A DNA stretch of 64,000 nucleotides from Octopus vulgaris (GCA_951406725.2 OX597828.1:36270001-36334000); one strand, 5' to 3'. Positions 37,526 through 52,191 are shown, numbered from the stretch's first letter. Notes: generated from the sequence alone by a model not told the origin. Numbers and translations are program-made.

Positions 37526-38446
37526 TGATATGACACCACAATGAAGGAACTGGAGAGTCTTGGCAAACTGATCCCTGGACACAGGGAGGGCATGTGGCTG
37601 ATGATATACATGCATACACACCTTCTTGAGTCATGTTGATTCATAAGGGTTGGTTTTCTGTCTTCCATGGCGTACAAACTCCCCACCTGGATGGGATGCC
37701 AGTGCGTTGCATGGTTACTCATTTTTCCCGACTGAGTGGACTAGGCCAACGTGATACGAAACATTTGGCTCAAGAACACAACTCATTGCCTGGTCCAGGA
37801 ATTGAAACCACAATCTTATGATCACGAGTCCAACACTCTAACCACTAAGCCCCCCCCCCCCCCCCAAGTCTAACAAGTGAGACTGGATTGCACAGATTGA
37901 CCCTCACTTTAATGCTACTAAGTGCAGGCAAGAAGAAAAACCCTGCAGTGTCAAGAATAGGTTTACATAGTCACTTGATGGGTCATTCTTATTCATTGTC
38001 TTTGGTCACAAAGAAACTGCCATCATAATGCACATGAAATAATGTTGCTCGTTTCTTATTGCAATTCCTAAGTCTGGCTTATTTTCCAATTAGCATTGTA
38101 ATTTCTTCCAGCTTTGTGCATTGGGGACTGATAGGATAGTGAAGGGCCTGGAACTTCATTGCATTAAATTTCATTGATTACAAAAATGAGAGAAAACTGA
38201 AAAGATTACATTATAGTCAATGCTTAATATTATTTTAATTATCCAAGCAAATACAAGACAACTCGAAGCATGTTTTAGCCTTGTTAGACCTCTTCAGTGA
38301 TGCACAGACTTCACAGTATCTTCCAAAGTAATGTTGAAGAATCACCAAGTAAATGTACAATGTTTCACACACGTTGGTATAGAACATTAGAGTATTTTAA
38401 GAAAAAAATAATCAGACACCATCTACATGAAAACAATAACCATATA

Positions 38447-38706
38447 TCATCATCATAATCATTTAGCGTCCGCTTTCCATGCTAGCATGGGTTGGACGGT
38501 TCAACTGGGGTCTGTGAAGCCAGAAGGCTGCATCAGGCCCAGTCTGATCTGGCAGTGTTTCTACGGCTGGATGCCCTTCCTAACGCCAACCACTCCGTGA
38601 GTGTAGTGGGTGCTTTTTATGTGCCACCCGCACAGGTACCAGACGGAGCTGGCAAACGGCCACGGACGGATGGTGCTTTTTACGTGCCACTGGCACGGGG
38701 GCCAGA
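38447..38706 (-). mobile_element. Retroposon family C with 2 units
   Basis: (CAT)n tail, ggatgcccttcctaacgccaaccac and two tttacgtgccac-type units. Confidence 0.85.
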
Positions 38707-39427
38707 CACACATACATACACAATGGAATGGATCATTCATATTATCTAACCACAAGTTCTCAGTAGTTCCAACAACTGAACTAGCAGCCTCTTTGAATTA
38801 CCATATCATTTTACTCCACAGGCAGGTGCACCCTCAATGTAATTTTCAGATGGAATCAGCATGAATACTGCATGAAAAACTGGCCTTTTGAATTACAGGT
38901 GCAATCCATTTGATGGGCTCTTAAACAGTTTCAATGTACCCCAATTTCACGCACAAGTCACAAGCTGACTCGAGACTATATAAAATGTCAGCTTCCCAAG
39001 ATGCCACACATTCGTATAGAACCAGGGGTCACCTGACTGTGAAACAAACTTCTTAACCGTACAGCCATACTTCAATACTGTGCTACTTACATACAAACAC
39101 ACACAGACGCAAACACACATGTATATGCACAAAAAAAAAACACATACATATTCATACAGTGGCATACTGAGCTGGTTTATACTATTCATTTTGGAATCTT
39201 TTTTTATGAAAATCTTGCACTAAAAGGGGGGGGGGATCAACTGAGAGGAAAGTCTGGAGTGTGAATTAACATTTTTTTCTTTTTTTAAATGTTGTTACCA
39301 GAAATTTAACAAAGTGAACCCAAGGCAACCATCTTCACTTATGCATCAGTTTCTAATACAGAGAGGGGCAGAGAGGCAGGGGGAGAAACTACAGTGAAGA
39401 GATACACATACAAACACATCAATGTGA

Positions 39428-39467
<40 letters not shown>

Positions 39468-39470
39468 GTA

Positions 39471-39810
39471 CAGGGGTTAGACAAAGTAATGGAAACACCT
39501 TAAAATTTCAAACAAATTTATTTTGATATGGAGTAGGACCGCCTCTGGCGGTAATTACAGCTTCAATTCTATGGGATATGGACTCATAAAAAGTTCGAAT
39601 TGTTTCCAAAGGAAATTTTGTCCATTCTTCAGCTAAAACAGTCTCCAGTCTTCTTGTAGTAATGATGGTGGAGGATATCGACTCCTTACTTGTTTTTCTA
39701 AAATGCACCATAAATGTTCAATAATATTGAGATTTGGGAACTGTGGTGGCCAGATAAGATGCTCAATTTCACTAGAATGTTCCTTGTGCCATTCAGTAAC
39801 AACTTTTAGC
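39471..39810 (-). mobile_element. Tc1-family transposon 3' fragment (transposase C-terminus plus TIR)
   Basis: Minus strand reads AKVVTEWHKEHSSEIEHLIWPPQFPNLNIIEHLWCILEKQV..(frameshift)..LAEEWTKFP..RIEAVITARGGPTPY (WPxxSPDLNPIE-type motif). Terminus TA|CAGGGGTTAGACAAAGTAATGGAAACACC. Confidence 0.9.
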
Positions 39811-40222
39811 TGCTCTGCTTCCCCCTTTATGGATTGGGCATATTATCCCCTCCTTCAGCTTGCTTGGCAGTCTGCCATTTACAAGAAAGCACTGGAAGAA
39901 AATCTGGAGGGGTTTTGCCAGGGTATGCTTACACGATTTGAGGAGGATTGCTGGGAAACCATCAGGACCAGAAGTTGAGTTTGCATCCACCTCATCTATG
40001 GCTAGTAGTATATTTTCTTCGCTAATGTCGATGTATTCCATCGTAACTGCCTCACTGGTTATAGGTGAGGTGGCAAAGAAGTCCACTGGTTCGTTCACTT
40101 GTCCATGTTCCAACAGGGTGGTAAAATCACTTTTGAAGTGGTCATTCTGTACCTCACTGATCCTAGTTGGACTGTCTGTGAGGGAACCATCCTTTTGGAA
40201 GAGGGTTCCTACCTTGCAGCGT
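39805..40222 (-). mobile_element. Internal fragment of a CR1/Jockey-group LINE ORF2 (pre-RT region)
   Basis: Open frame ..NDHFKSDFT..SEENILLAIDEVDANSTSGPDGFPAILLKSCKHTLAKPLQIFFQCFLVNGRLPSKLKEGIICPIHKGGSR. Confidence 0.88.
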
Positions 40223-40602
40223 TTGGGAGTGGTATTCTTCACACATCTCCTCATCCATCCATAGTACATCACCATACCAGTGCAAACGTCCCTCTTGCAC
40301 GCCACATCTGATGCTTCTTATGTCCAGCATTTCTCTCAGGGCGCTTACACTGTCGTATGTGCATACCGACATTACACATCCAGCGGATCATACTAGCTTC
40401 ATTTCTTTGAAGCCTATGCATGTCCTCCACAGTCACAGCCCATGTTTCACTACCGTGAAGCATGCCCATGTTTCACTACCGTGAAGCATGGCAGTTCACA
40501 CACATGCGTTGTACAATCTACCTTTCAATCTGAGCGAGAGACTCTTTGTCACAAGTAGGGGTAGAAGCTTTCTAAACTTTGCCCAGGCTATTCTTATTCT
40601 AG
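40222..40602 (-). mobile_element. RTE-clade LINE fragment (post-RT region), decayed
   Basis: RIRIAWAKFRKLLPLL..LKGRLYNACV*TAMLHGSETWAVT..RLQRNEASMIRWMCNV..RLHWYGDVL; contains a ~25-bp tandem duplication at 40438-40490. Confidence 0.88.
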
Positions 40603-40647
40603 TGGTGACACCCTAAATATATATATATATATATATACATACACAGA

Positions 40648-40698
<51 letters not shown>

Positions 40699-42113
40699 CG
40701 AGAATTTAAGAAAAAAACAAAAGACAATATACATATATATATATATACACAGATGTATATGTATATATATATATATAAATATACAGACGTGTATATATAT
40801 ATATAAATAAATATATATACACACACAGATGTGTATGTGCGTGTGTATATATATATATACACACAGATATATGTCTGCAGATGTTCAGGAGCAGAGACAC
40901 AAACACCCACCCACCCACACACACACAGTGTTCGTGGATGAAAGTGTGTGAGTGTGTATCAAGCCCTGATGTTGGCATTTAGTCACAGGTCAGCCTTGGT
41001 CAAGTGTATCTTAGATAAAAGGCATCCTAGCCATGGCTTTCCTGTCTTTTCTTTTGTTTCCATCTATAACGTATCTGTAAGAACTATAATTTAAAATATG
41101 TCTCTTTTTTATGAAGGGAGAACATAATGAAGGACTTTGGCTGCTAGTTCTACTAGCTTGAGTGACCACATAGACATAGTTTGGCTTCAGTTAGGATATA
41201 CATACATACGTATGTGTGTGTGTGTGTGTGAACTAGACTATGATAGCCTAGTTCAAACATACACACATGTCTAAGTTCCCATAAAGAGATAAACACATGC
41301 ACATATGCAGATACACACCTGTATGTACTTTTGTTTAATGCGTCCAATATAATATGAACTGGCCCCTCTCTAAGAATCGAGAATCTAAGGCTCACAGTAG
41401 GATTCAACTTGTGATAGATTTGGTTGCTATTTCTAGCAGACTGAGTAATTGCACAGAGGTTCCTTCAATAGCTCAGCAACAATGTTTTTGTTGTTGCTTA
41501 ACCCTAAGTAAACATCAACACCCAACACGTGTTATGATCAAAGACATTCTATCTATGACCACTCAAACCTATTGAGAGTCTGTAAGACTTCATTGACTGC
41601 TATGAGAGAGATTTGGCTATTTATAACTGGTCAAATAACAATAGAAGGGGCTCCTTTGGTTGTGAAGAGTTGCAAGGTAAATTTCATCAGCAAATTCTTC
41701 ATATTATTGCTGCCTTGTCTATAGATTAGATTGGTAGCATAACCGTAGCACCTTTTGCTCTCTTTGCTTTTGGCAATATCACCAACAGTGCCAATGATTT
41801 AAAATGGTACTGGTACTCTGTCAGTTACCATGACAAGAATTCTAGTTAATCTGATCAACAGAACAGTCTGCTGGTTAAATTAAAGAGCAGGTGGTTGAGG
41901 ACACCACAGACACACATACCGTTAATGTAGTTCCCAGGGAGATTCAGCATAATACAGCATTCGACAAGATTGGCCTTTTGAAATACAGTTACAACTCATT
42001 TTGCCAGCTCAGTGGACTGGAGCAACGTGAAACAAAAGTCTTGCTCAAGGACACGATGTACCAGTGAGAAACTAAAATTATTAGCTGAACACCCATAACC
42101 ACTAAGCCACAAA

Positions 42114-42322
42114 CCCTTTCGTTACCAACCCAGCTGAAACCAGCTCTGGCTCTGAGTACAAATGTCTTGTTTTCATAAGTTTTGCATTAAAATATACCAC
42201 CAAACCTTAGTCACAATTTATGTTCCTAACACTAGCTAAGTTATTTTACTAAATTCTTTGTTATATTTAAAGTAATTGAAAGAAACACAGAGCATCTCAA
42301 AATAACTACAGTAACGAAAGGG
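42114..42322. mobile_element. piggyBac-type MITE family P3, copy 1
   Basis: CCCTTTCGTTAC...GTAACGAAAGGG|TTAA. Confidence 0.88.
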
Positions 42323-42500
42323 TTAAAGTATCTCATGTTGGCCCATTAAAATAGTACAATGTGATTTGAGGGAGATTTGACTGCTATTTCTTACAAGTCA
42401 AACAACTATTTAAAGGATCTTATGCTGGCCCATTAAAATCGTACAATGTCATTTGAGGGAGATTTGACTGCTATTTCTTGCAAGTCAAGCAACTATTTAA

Positions 42501-42720
42501 CCCTTTCGTTACCAACCCGGCTGAAACCGGCTCTGGCTCTGAGTACAAATGTCTTGTTTTCATTACTTTTAAATTAAAATCTTCCACCAAACCTTAGTCA
42601 CCATTTATGTTCCTAAGACTAGCTCAATGATAACTAAGTTATTTTACTAAATTCTTTGTTATATTTAAAGTAATTGAAAGAAACACAGAGCATCTCAACA
42701 GAAATACAGTAATGAAAGGG
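42501..42720. mobile_element. piggyBac-type MITE family P3, copy 2
   Basis: TTAA|CCCTTTCGTTAC...GTAATGAAAGGG|TTAA; highly similar to copy 1. Confidence 0.9.
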
Positions 42721-43174
42721 TTAAAAGCTACACAATGGAATTATGGAACAGAACTGCTGTTAGGGACCTATCTGTTTTTACTTGTTTCTGTAGAAGCTTA
42801 TACTATACATCAGAACCTTCTGGCTGCCCCTGGCATGTCTCTAAGCACCTATACTGTGTGTGTGTGTGTGTGTCTCTCTCTCTCTCTTTTTCTCTTTAAT
42901 TGTTTGTTTCACAAATATGAATCTATGAATATGTAAACAGCTGATTCCAAACCAAACTGTCCACCGAGAATGTTTCCTGTTTTCACTGACTTTGCACAAG
43001 ACCATATAGAATGGACAGCTGACATTTACAACAAAACAAGTCTTTTTGCAAGTCGTCCCAGATGACGATGTAGGTGTTTTAAATTGGTTTGCATTTGCTG
43101 GGGGTGTTTTCATAGGAAGATTCTAAAAATAGAACATTCCTATCAATATATGTATGATCTTTTGCTGTGTCATT

Positions 43175-43545
43175 TACTTGCTTCAATCATTGGACTGCGG
43201 CCATGCTGGGGCACCGCCTTGAAGAATTTTTAGTCGAATGAATCAACTCCAGGACTTATTTTTTTATAAACCTGGTCATTTTTCTATCAGTCTCTTTCGT
43301 CAAACTACCAAGTTACTAGGACATCAACAAACCAACACCAGTTGTCAAGTGGTGGTAAGGGAATACAAACAGATATATACATATTTGTGACGGACTTCTT
43401 ACAGTTTCCATCTACCAAATCTGCTCACAAGGCTTTGGTCAGCCCAGGGCTATAAAAGAAGACACTTGCCCAAGGTGCCACACAATGAGACTGAACCCAG
43501 AACCATATGGTTGGGTAGCAAACTTCTTACTACAGCCACAGCCAA
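43175..43545 (-). mobile_element. CORE-like SINE family B
   Basis: Full-length reverse-complement match to the family B layout. Confidence 0.8.
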
Positions 43546-45135
43546 CACACACACACACACACATATATATATATTTGAAAGAAGCAAAATGGCTGAGTCA
43601 TCAATATGAGATTTCATTACCAGCTTACAAGCATTGGAAATACACTGTAGATGTTTATTTGCATAGTTCACTGGAAATAAATACCAGATCATGTGAATGT
43701 TACCTATGATAAGCTGATCTTCAATCCAAAGGGCAATTTCTCACATTTGCTTAACAGCATGGAACGAGAATTAAATGCCTGATATTACAGACTCTGGAGA
43801 CTTTTTTTTTTTTTTTTTTGTTATTTTATATTGTAAATAAAGATACACCTAGCTTTTAGAAATAAATATTGGATCATATAAGACAAATTTCTCTGATAAT
43901 GGACATGTGTCCGATCTAAAGGGAATTTTATTTCATTTGCAGGAAACCTTCAAAGAAAAGACAAAGGGGTGGTGCTCCTTAAGAACATTTCTGAGAAGTC
44001 TTTTATTCTTCAGCATAAGGAATGGGACCAATCAGTTCCATTACTTATGTTGTGTCAGGCATGTATTCTATCAATTTCTTTTTGATGAGCTGCGATGTCG
44101 TGAGGACATAAACAACTTCATACCAGTTGTCAAGCAGTGGAGCAGAGATGCAAAGATGCACACACACATGACAAGCTTCCATACTATTTCCATTTACCAA
44201 AATCACTCACAGTACATTGGTCAGGCTTGAGGATGGAGAAGACACTTGCTCAAGGTACAATGCAGTAAAACTGTATCTAAAACTGTGTGGTTGCAGAACA
44301 AATCTTTCAACCACACAGTCATGTATGTTGAAAATTTTTACATGATATTAGAGGGGCTCAGCTATTCTATACATAGAAACTGGAACAAGATCTATTCATT
44401 AGCAGCCTGATATCTGAAAATCTGAGGAAAGTGCATCAACTGTTTGTAGTCCCTTCTTGCAACAAAATGAAGTATATTTGTAAAGCACAGCAACTTTATC
44501 TATAAACCAGTGTAAATATTTGATAACCCTACAAATATCAAAGCAAAGCTATTTTTGTTTCTTCTCTCATCGTTTTTCCCAAAAATTGCATCCCTTTGGG
44601 ACAGGAATTCCCTTCTTACTCATACTTTCCTTACAGATATCAACCCACAGAACGCCATGCATCAAATTTCCCCTGTCTGAGAGGAGCTGAAAGGCATGTA
44701 AGCGCTAATCCCTCGTTCTTGGACCAAATAATGTTTAGCCCCCTTTTTTTTTTAATTATTGTCTGTAAAGAGTTGATGCTAGCTGGGTACATTTCCTATT
44801 GTAACTTTTTCTAATCATCACCTTGAATTATTTTCATATGAAAAGGGGTTTTGAGATCTTTACCATAAAAACATGTTGATTAAAATATTTGGCACCTCTC
44901 ACATTGTCTTCCTCCTGAAGTTATACAAGGTTGTTCCTCCTGGTAGAATTAGAACCTAGATCTACCAAATCAAACTTAGTGTTGGGAAGAAGCACATTAA
45001 ATCATGTAGTCTGAAATACACAGTGTGAGAAGACAAGATGGTCACAGGAGGACAATTCTTGATCAGAGGTCTCAGTCAACAACAAGTTTGCTATATATTC
45101 CAAAGAATAAAATATCCTTTCTATTATAGGCACAA

Positions 45136-45480
45136 GGTGCATGGTTCTGTGGTTAGAGCATTGAGCTCACAATCATGAGGTAGTGAGTTCAATTCCTGGA
45201 CTGAGCTGTGTATTGTGTTCTTGAGCAAGACACTTTATCTCACATTGCTCCAGTTCACTCAGTGGTAGAAATGAGTTGCAACATCACTGGTACCAAGCTC
45301 TATCAGCCTTTGACTTTCCCTCGGATAAAATCAGTGATGTTGAGAGGAGAGGCTAGTATGCATGGGCGACTGTTGGTCTTCCATACACAACCTTACCTGG
45401 ACTTGTGCCTCAGAGGGGAACTTTCTAGGTGCTATCCCATGGTCATTCATGAGCAAAGGGGGCCTTTACCCTTTACCCTT
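45136..45480 (+). mobile_element. tRNA-headed CORE-like SINE family E, inserted in a SINE-A tail
   Basis: tggttctgtggttagagc..gagttcaattcc..gtgttcttgagcaagacacttta..(ctttacc)n tail, flanked by aggcacaag direct repeats. Confidence 0.8.
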
Positions 45481-46705
45481 TACAGGCACAAGACCTGAAA
45501 CTTTGGGTAAGGAGCTTGTTGCTTACATTGCTTCCAGTGCTCAACAGATAGTTATTTCATCAACCCTGAAAGGATGAAAGGTAAAGCCGACCTCGGAAGA
45601 ATTTGAACAGAGAGACGGGCAAAATGTCAGTGTGCCAATGAATCTACCAGCTCATTTTCTTAAAGAATAAAATATCATAAACTATATTTTAACTTATCCT
45701 ACCTTTGACAAGACCCTAACTGCAAGTAAATGAAATAGGGCTGAGAGGAGTTAACATGTTAGTGCAAGGAGTCAAGAAACTCAGTGTTTGGTGATGTAAC
45801 AGTGTCATAACTGATACATACATATACAGCTGAACAACTGATTTATTATGTCGTAAGTTCAAGTCTGAGACAAGTTTTATATTGTGGCCATGAATAATAT
45901 GCATAACTCTTCTTGCTCCAGTTCACTTGATTGACAAACAAAAAGGGAACTCCCCTGTCTCACTAGATCCACTCTATTTCACAACTGAGTACCTAAGTGT
46001 AAGAAGGGCAGCCATACAGCGGTAAAAACAAAAATAAAATTGCTCCAACAGCAACAACAAAAAATCATCACTACCCATGTGGAAAACTCTCTAAAGATAA
46101 ATTTTTTACATGGGTAAAATAAAAAATAACAAACACAATAAATAAAAACAAACAAGGTCTTATTACGACAGAGAGGGAGGAAGAGAAGGAGAGAAAATGA
46201 ATTAAATTTCTAGCTATTGTTCTTGAAGCAGATATAAGGCATGCAGGGCTCAGTCAGGTAACCAGGTGTGATCTACAGATCTACTGCTGCCACCGCTACA
46301 CTGAAGACCTGCTAGAAATAACAACCAAAGAGTTTTTTTTCAAATTTCTCCCTATCATTTTGAATAAAATGATCCGATAGTCTTTTGTTGTTTAGCTCTA
46401 AGTCATTTTGTTGTTCTTGTTGATTTCAAAATGGTAGGTGTCCAATGAGCAGCATACACCTGACGATGAAGGAGAGCAGCTCAACAATAGGAGTAACTAG
46501 CAAACATACGCACACTTGAAGCAAAATCTAGCTTCCAGCAACTTGATGGGAAGTGGCCCAGAAAGAAGACTGATGCAGTAACAGCGGCAGTATACAAAAT
46601 GATACAAACAGATAAAGACTGGCATGCAAAGGAACTGCAAAGCTTCGGGTTTGCAGCAGATGGCAACTCTCAAAACTTTTTAGCATAATACTTCATAGTG
46701 ATAAG

Positions 46706-47115
46706 TACAGGAGTGGCTGTGTGGTAAGTAGCTTGCTTACCAACCACATGGTTCCGGGTTCAGTCCCACTGCATGGCACCTTGGGCAAGTGTCTTCTACT
46801 ATAGCCTTGGGCCGACCAAAGCCTTGTGAGTGGATTTGGTAGATGGAAACTGAAAGAAGCCCATCATATATATGTATATATATATGTGTGTGTATATGTT
46901 TGTGTGTCTGTGTTGGTCCCCCCAACATCGCTTAACAACCGATGCTGGTGTGTGTACGTCCCCGTAACTTAGCGGTTCACAAAAGAGACCGCTAGAATAA
47001 GTATTAGGCTTACAAAGAATAAGTCCTGGGGTCGATTTGCTCGACTAAAGGCGGTGCTCCAGCATGGCCACAGTCAAATGACTGAAACAAGTAAAAGAGA
47101 GAGAGAGAGTAAAGA
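46706..47115 (+). mobile_element. CORE-like SINE family B, well conserved
   Basis: Near-consensus full-length copy. Confidence 0.9.
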
Positions 47116-47761
47116 GTACAGTTATCAGTAAATGCTGACATATAATCAAAAGCATTCCAGCTTTGACCATCCCATCTGTTTTCTTTTGGGAATGTGCCCT
47201 TTTTTTGTCTCTCTAAGATAATTAGGTGTAGTTTAAAAGTAATTTCATTACTATTCAAGCAAAAATAAATTAAGCAAACATAGAGCCCCCACCACACACA
47301 CACACACATACATCTCTTGTTAATTCATTTCCATTAAGGATGGCTTGAGGTGTTATGATAGTAGGCAATAAAAAGCTGTTTCAAGCCTTACAATCAGCTG
47401 ATTGGCAAAGATTCATGCATCAACACACAATAATTTCTGGTCACATGACTGAAGACCCTTTTACTTGTTTTGAAACACTGGACTGCAGGGGATGTGGCTG
47501 CGGGAACTGCATTGAATAGCTTAGCCAGACAAATCAACCCCAGAAATTATTCTTTTTTAAGTATGTATTTATTATATCAGTCTTTTTTGCCAAACTGTTA
47601 AGTTATAATGATGTAGACAGACCAACACCATTGTCAAGCAGTGTGGGAGCAAGCACAATGACATGCATGCATGCATGTGCACACACACACACACATGCAC
47701 ATACACACACACACACAAGTATTTCATAGGCATAAACTGTATGTATTTCCACACAGTTTCT

Positions 47762-47986
47762 TCTTTCTTTATTGCCCACAAGGGGCTAAACATAGAGGGG
47801 ACAAACAAGGACAGACAAACGGATTAAGTCGATTACATCGACACCAGTGCGCAACTGGTACCTAATTTATCGACCTCGAAAGGATGAAAGGCAAAGTCGA
47901 CCTCGGCGGAATTTGAACTCAGAATGTAACGGCAGACGAAATACAGTTACGCATTTCGCCCGGTGTGCTAACGTTTCTGCCAGCTG
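47762..47986 (-). mobile_element. Young SINE-A inserted into an older SINE-B (~47457-48142)
   Basis: 13-bp TSD ccacacagtttct at 47749-47761 and 47987-47999. Confidence 0.9.
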
Positions 47987-48257
47987 CCACACAGTTTCTG
48001 TCTACTAAATTCACTCTCAAGGCATTGGTCTGCTCAGAGGTCCAGTAAAAGACACTTGCCCAAAGTTCCACACAGTGGGACTGAACTCAAAACTACATGG
48101 TTGTGAAGCAAACTTCTTAACCACACAGCCATGCCTGCACCTGACATGCAATTCTTTTGCTTTAGTTTTGTCTTTTCCAGTATTAGTTTGACCTGTAAGA
48201 AATAACAGCTAAATCTCCAAGTCACACCCTACCATCTAAAGAAAAATTAAAAGAAGG

Positions 48258-48487
48258 ACGTAAAAAGCACCATCCGATTGTGGCCGTTTGCCATCTCATC
48301 TGACACCTGTGCCGGTGGCACGTAAAAAGCACCCACTACACTCATGGAGTGGTTGGGCATCCAGCCGTAGAAACATTGCAAGATCAGACTGGGCCTGGTG
48401 CAGCCTTCTGGCTTCCCAGACCCCAGTTGAACTGTCCAACCCATGCCAGCATGGAAAGCGGACATTAAACGATGATGATGATGATGA
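48258..48487 (+). mobile_element. Retroposon family C, 5'-truncated within the second unit
   Basis: acgtaaaaagcaccatccg..gtgccggtggcacgtaaaaagcacccac..ggacattaaacgatgatgat. Confidence 0.85.
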
Positions 48488-49453
48488 AATGGACATATTG
48501 GATGATATAGTCCTAGATACACTATGTCTAAATAAATGATGGGATGGTTATGACTGGAACGTCTCTGATCATAGGTATGCTAAATCAAAACTAACTTGGG
48601 GTTAATTAATAAGACAAGCAAAAACTGATCATCCTAATTGATTGGCATTTGTAAGGGGAGTCCAATGCATGGGTGTTAATAAGATAACAAACAGCCAACC
48701 CAAGGTCATCAGTTTTTATCCTGTCATTAGCACAACTTAGGGCCAAGGCTAAGACACTTAATCAAGCAAGGAACCTAGCCTAGTAATGTAAATTCTACAA
48801 GTGTTTTGTTAACTTGAGATGCCAAGTTCAGCTCTTGCCTAGAGTACAATAAGAAAAAAATGGCTGGCTTGCACTGGTTTCATCATTGAAATATCATCAG
48901 GGACAGGAAAGGAGTAGGGCAATAGCTATCACCCATTGATGGATACTTCTTTTCGTCTACAAGTCTAGAAATGACTCCATGTCACGTTAACAAAGAGTAA
49001 CTAACAAAGGAAAGAAGGAACGAAAGTACAAAAGGTAGAATAGGATGAGATAAGAGTCACCCTGTGAAGCGGAGAGCAAATAGAGCTATCGGACACTACA
49101 GGATCAAGCTAGGCTGTAAGACTTGCGAACGACCTGCTTCTCACTTACCATATACTGCGGATGGAATCTTAGCATCAGTGCAGCTATATGCATAAAACAA
49201 TATGGAGATTCAGCCAGTATGTTAAGATGAATGCAGCAGAGTGAAAGATGAGAAAGACGTCAGTGACTGCAATATCAGATTTGAGTTTGCAGGCGCCTGC
49301 AAAGCACTGCATTAGAAAGACAAGTTGAAAAATGAATCACTAAGAGAGGGAAAAGCTCAACTGACAATATTAAGGTACATTCATAAATGTATGTATATGT
49401 GTGGGTGTGAATGTGTGCGTGCGTGTGTGTACACACACACACACACACACATA

Positions 49454-49485
<32 letters not shown>

Positions 49486-50544
49486 AAACACATTTTGAGT
49501 ATTCCTGACACATGCACCTTTAACGAAGTGCCCAGGCATGACATAGTGACAAAGTTAGCCCCTTGAATTGCCATTACAGCAGACGTTATAGCAAGAAAGG
49601 AGGCGAGAGGGGACAGTCTCCCCAAGGAGCAGGTGTGAAGGGGGCACAAAGTTTCCGCCCGATTTCTGAGAACCTTTGCTAAGCCCCTGAGTTACAACCC
49701 ATTCAACGGGCTTACACACAAAATATCAGGTCTATATAAAGCTACGGTAAAAGACGTTTGCTCAAAATGTCATGCGGTGGGATCGAAATAAGGCCTAAAC
49801 GATTGCAATAGGAACTGCTTTAACCACTCGGCCATGCACACATACGTACTCTACATACACACACACACATACACTCCCCCACATATATTGTATACATTAC
49901 ATTCACATTATACTCACTACATATACAAACATACACATTACACACAATATATGTGTGTGTGTGTGTAAGTACACATACACACCTAACCTGCAACCCTCTA
50001 TAATTATATACATAATTATATAGATAGGTAAGGTGATGCATATATATATATACATATATATACAAAGACACACATGTATATATGCACACACACACGTGTA
50101 TGTATGTATGTATGTATACACACATGACTATATGAATTTGGAATATTGTATCTTTGTATATTTATTTATGTTCTTCGTGAACGTGTGTGTGTGTGTGTGT
50201 ATCTGTGAATGCAGATTTATTTCGGTCTAATCTCAATCTGTCAGATTCTTCTACATCTGTTTATATGTATATACACACACACACACATCTATGTACTTAA
50301 GCTTTCATATCATTCTGTCAGCTAGACTTTCTACTTCTGTGCTTCCTTTATGCATTTCTGTGTGTTTGTGTGTGTGTGTGTCCTGTCAACGACACTTCTC
50401 GCATTCGTTTCTATGTATACGTTTGCGTATGGACCGTACGACTGTGTGTGTGTGTGTGGTGTGTGTGTGTGGTGTGTGTGTGTGTGTGTGTGTACATATG
50501 CCCTTTTGTTATTTTATATGGGGCAGTTTTGGTCGAAGCCTTAA

Positions 50545-51295
50545 TAGATAGATATAATAAAGATATATCTATAGTATACATATACATATATATGCATATG
50601 TATATATATGTATGTATACATAGATATGCATATGTATATATATGTATGTATACATATATATGCATATGTGTATATATATGTATGTATATATACATACATA
50701 TGTATATAGATATATATACGTATATATACATACATATGTATATAGATATATATACGTATGTATACATATATATGCATATGTATATAGATATATATACGTA
50801 TATATACATACATATGTATATAGATATATATATACGTATGTATACATATATATGCATATGTGTATATATATGTATGTATATATACATACATATGTATATA
50901 GATATATATACGTATATATACATACATATGTATATAGATATATATACGTATATATACATACATATGTATATAGATATATATATACGTATATATACATACA
51001 TATGTATATAGATATATATATACGTATATATACATACATATGTATATAGATATATATATACGAATATATACATACATATGTATATAGATATATATATACG
51101 TATATATACATACATATGTATATAGATATATATATACGTATATATACATACATATGTATATAGATATATATATGCGTATATATACATACATATGTATATA
51201 GATATATATACGTATATATATATATATATACGTATATATATATATATATACGTATATATATATATATACGTATATATATATATATATATATATAC

Positions 51296-51345
<50 letters not shown>

Positions 51346-51811
51346 GTATATATATAGATATATATATATACGTATATATATAGATATATATATATATATA
51401 CATACATATGTATATATACATACATATGTATATATACATACATATGATATATATAGATATATATACATATGTATATATATACATATGTATATAGATATAA
51501 ATACGTATATATATATACATACATATATATACATACGTAGTATATATACATATACATAGTATATATACATATACATAGTATATATATATACATATATACA
51601 TACATATATATACATATACATAGTATATATATATACATATATACATACATATATATACATATATACATACATATATACATACATATATATACATATATAC
51701 ATACATATATATATACATATATATATATATACATACATACATATATATACATACATATATATGTATACATATATATATATATACATACATATATATATAT
51801 ACATACATATA

Positions 51812-51871
<60 letters not shown>

Positions 51872-52191
51872 CATACATATATATATATATACATACATAT
51901 ATATATATATACATACATATATATATATACATACATATATATATATATACATACATATATATATATACATATATATATACATACATATATATATACATAC
52001 ATATATATATATACATATATATATATACATATATATATACATACATATATATATATACTATATATATATATATATATACATATATAAATATATATATATG
52101 TAAATATATATATACATATGTAAATATATATATATATATATATATACACCTATATATCTATATACATATATATATATATATACAAATGTAA

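Noticed and set aside
38262-38305. Minus-strand ctgaagag-gtct-aaca-aggc-taaaac, resembling a Penelope-type minimal hammerhead
   Set aside because: The GAAA core is mutated and I cannot form stems I and III convincingly; at most a dead remnant.
39793-40305. 170-aa ORF as a host gene
   Set aside because: It is a LINE ORF2 fragment read through from an out-of-frame RTE fragment.
42841-43125. Minus-strand acceptor-like site with a 90-aa ORF as the next PDZ exon
   Set aside because: Stops within four codons in the phase required by the PDZ donor; no recognisable domain or donor.
43907-44110. Plus-strand acceptor tttcatttgcag with a short open frame
   Set aside because: No canonical donor, no recognisable product and no partner exons.
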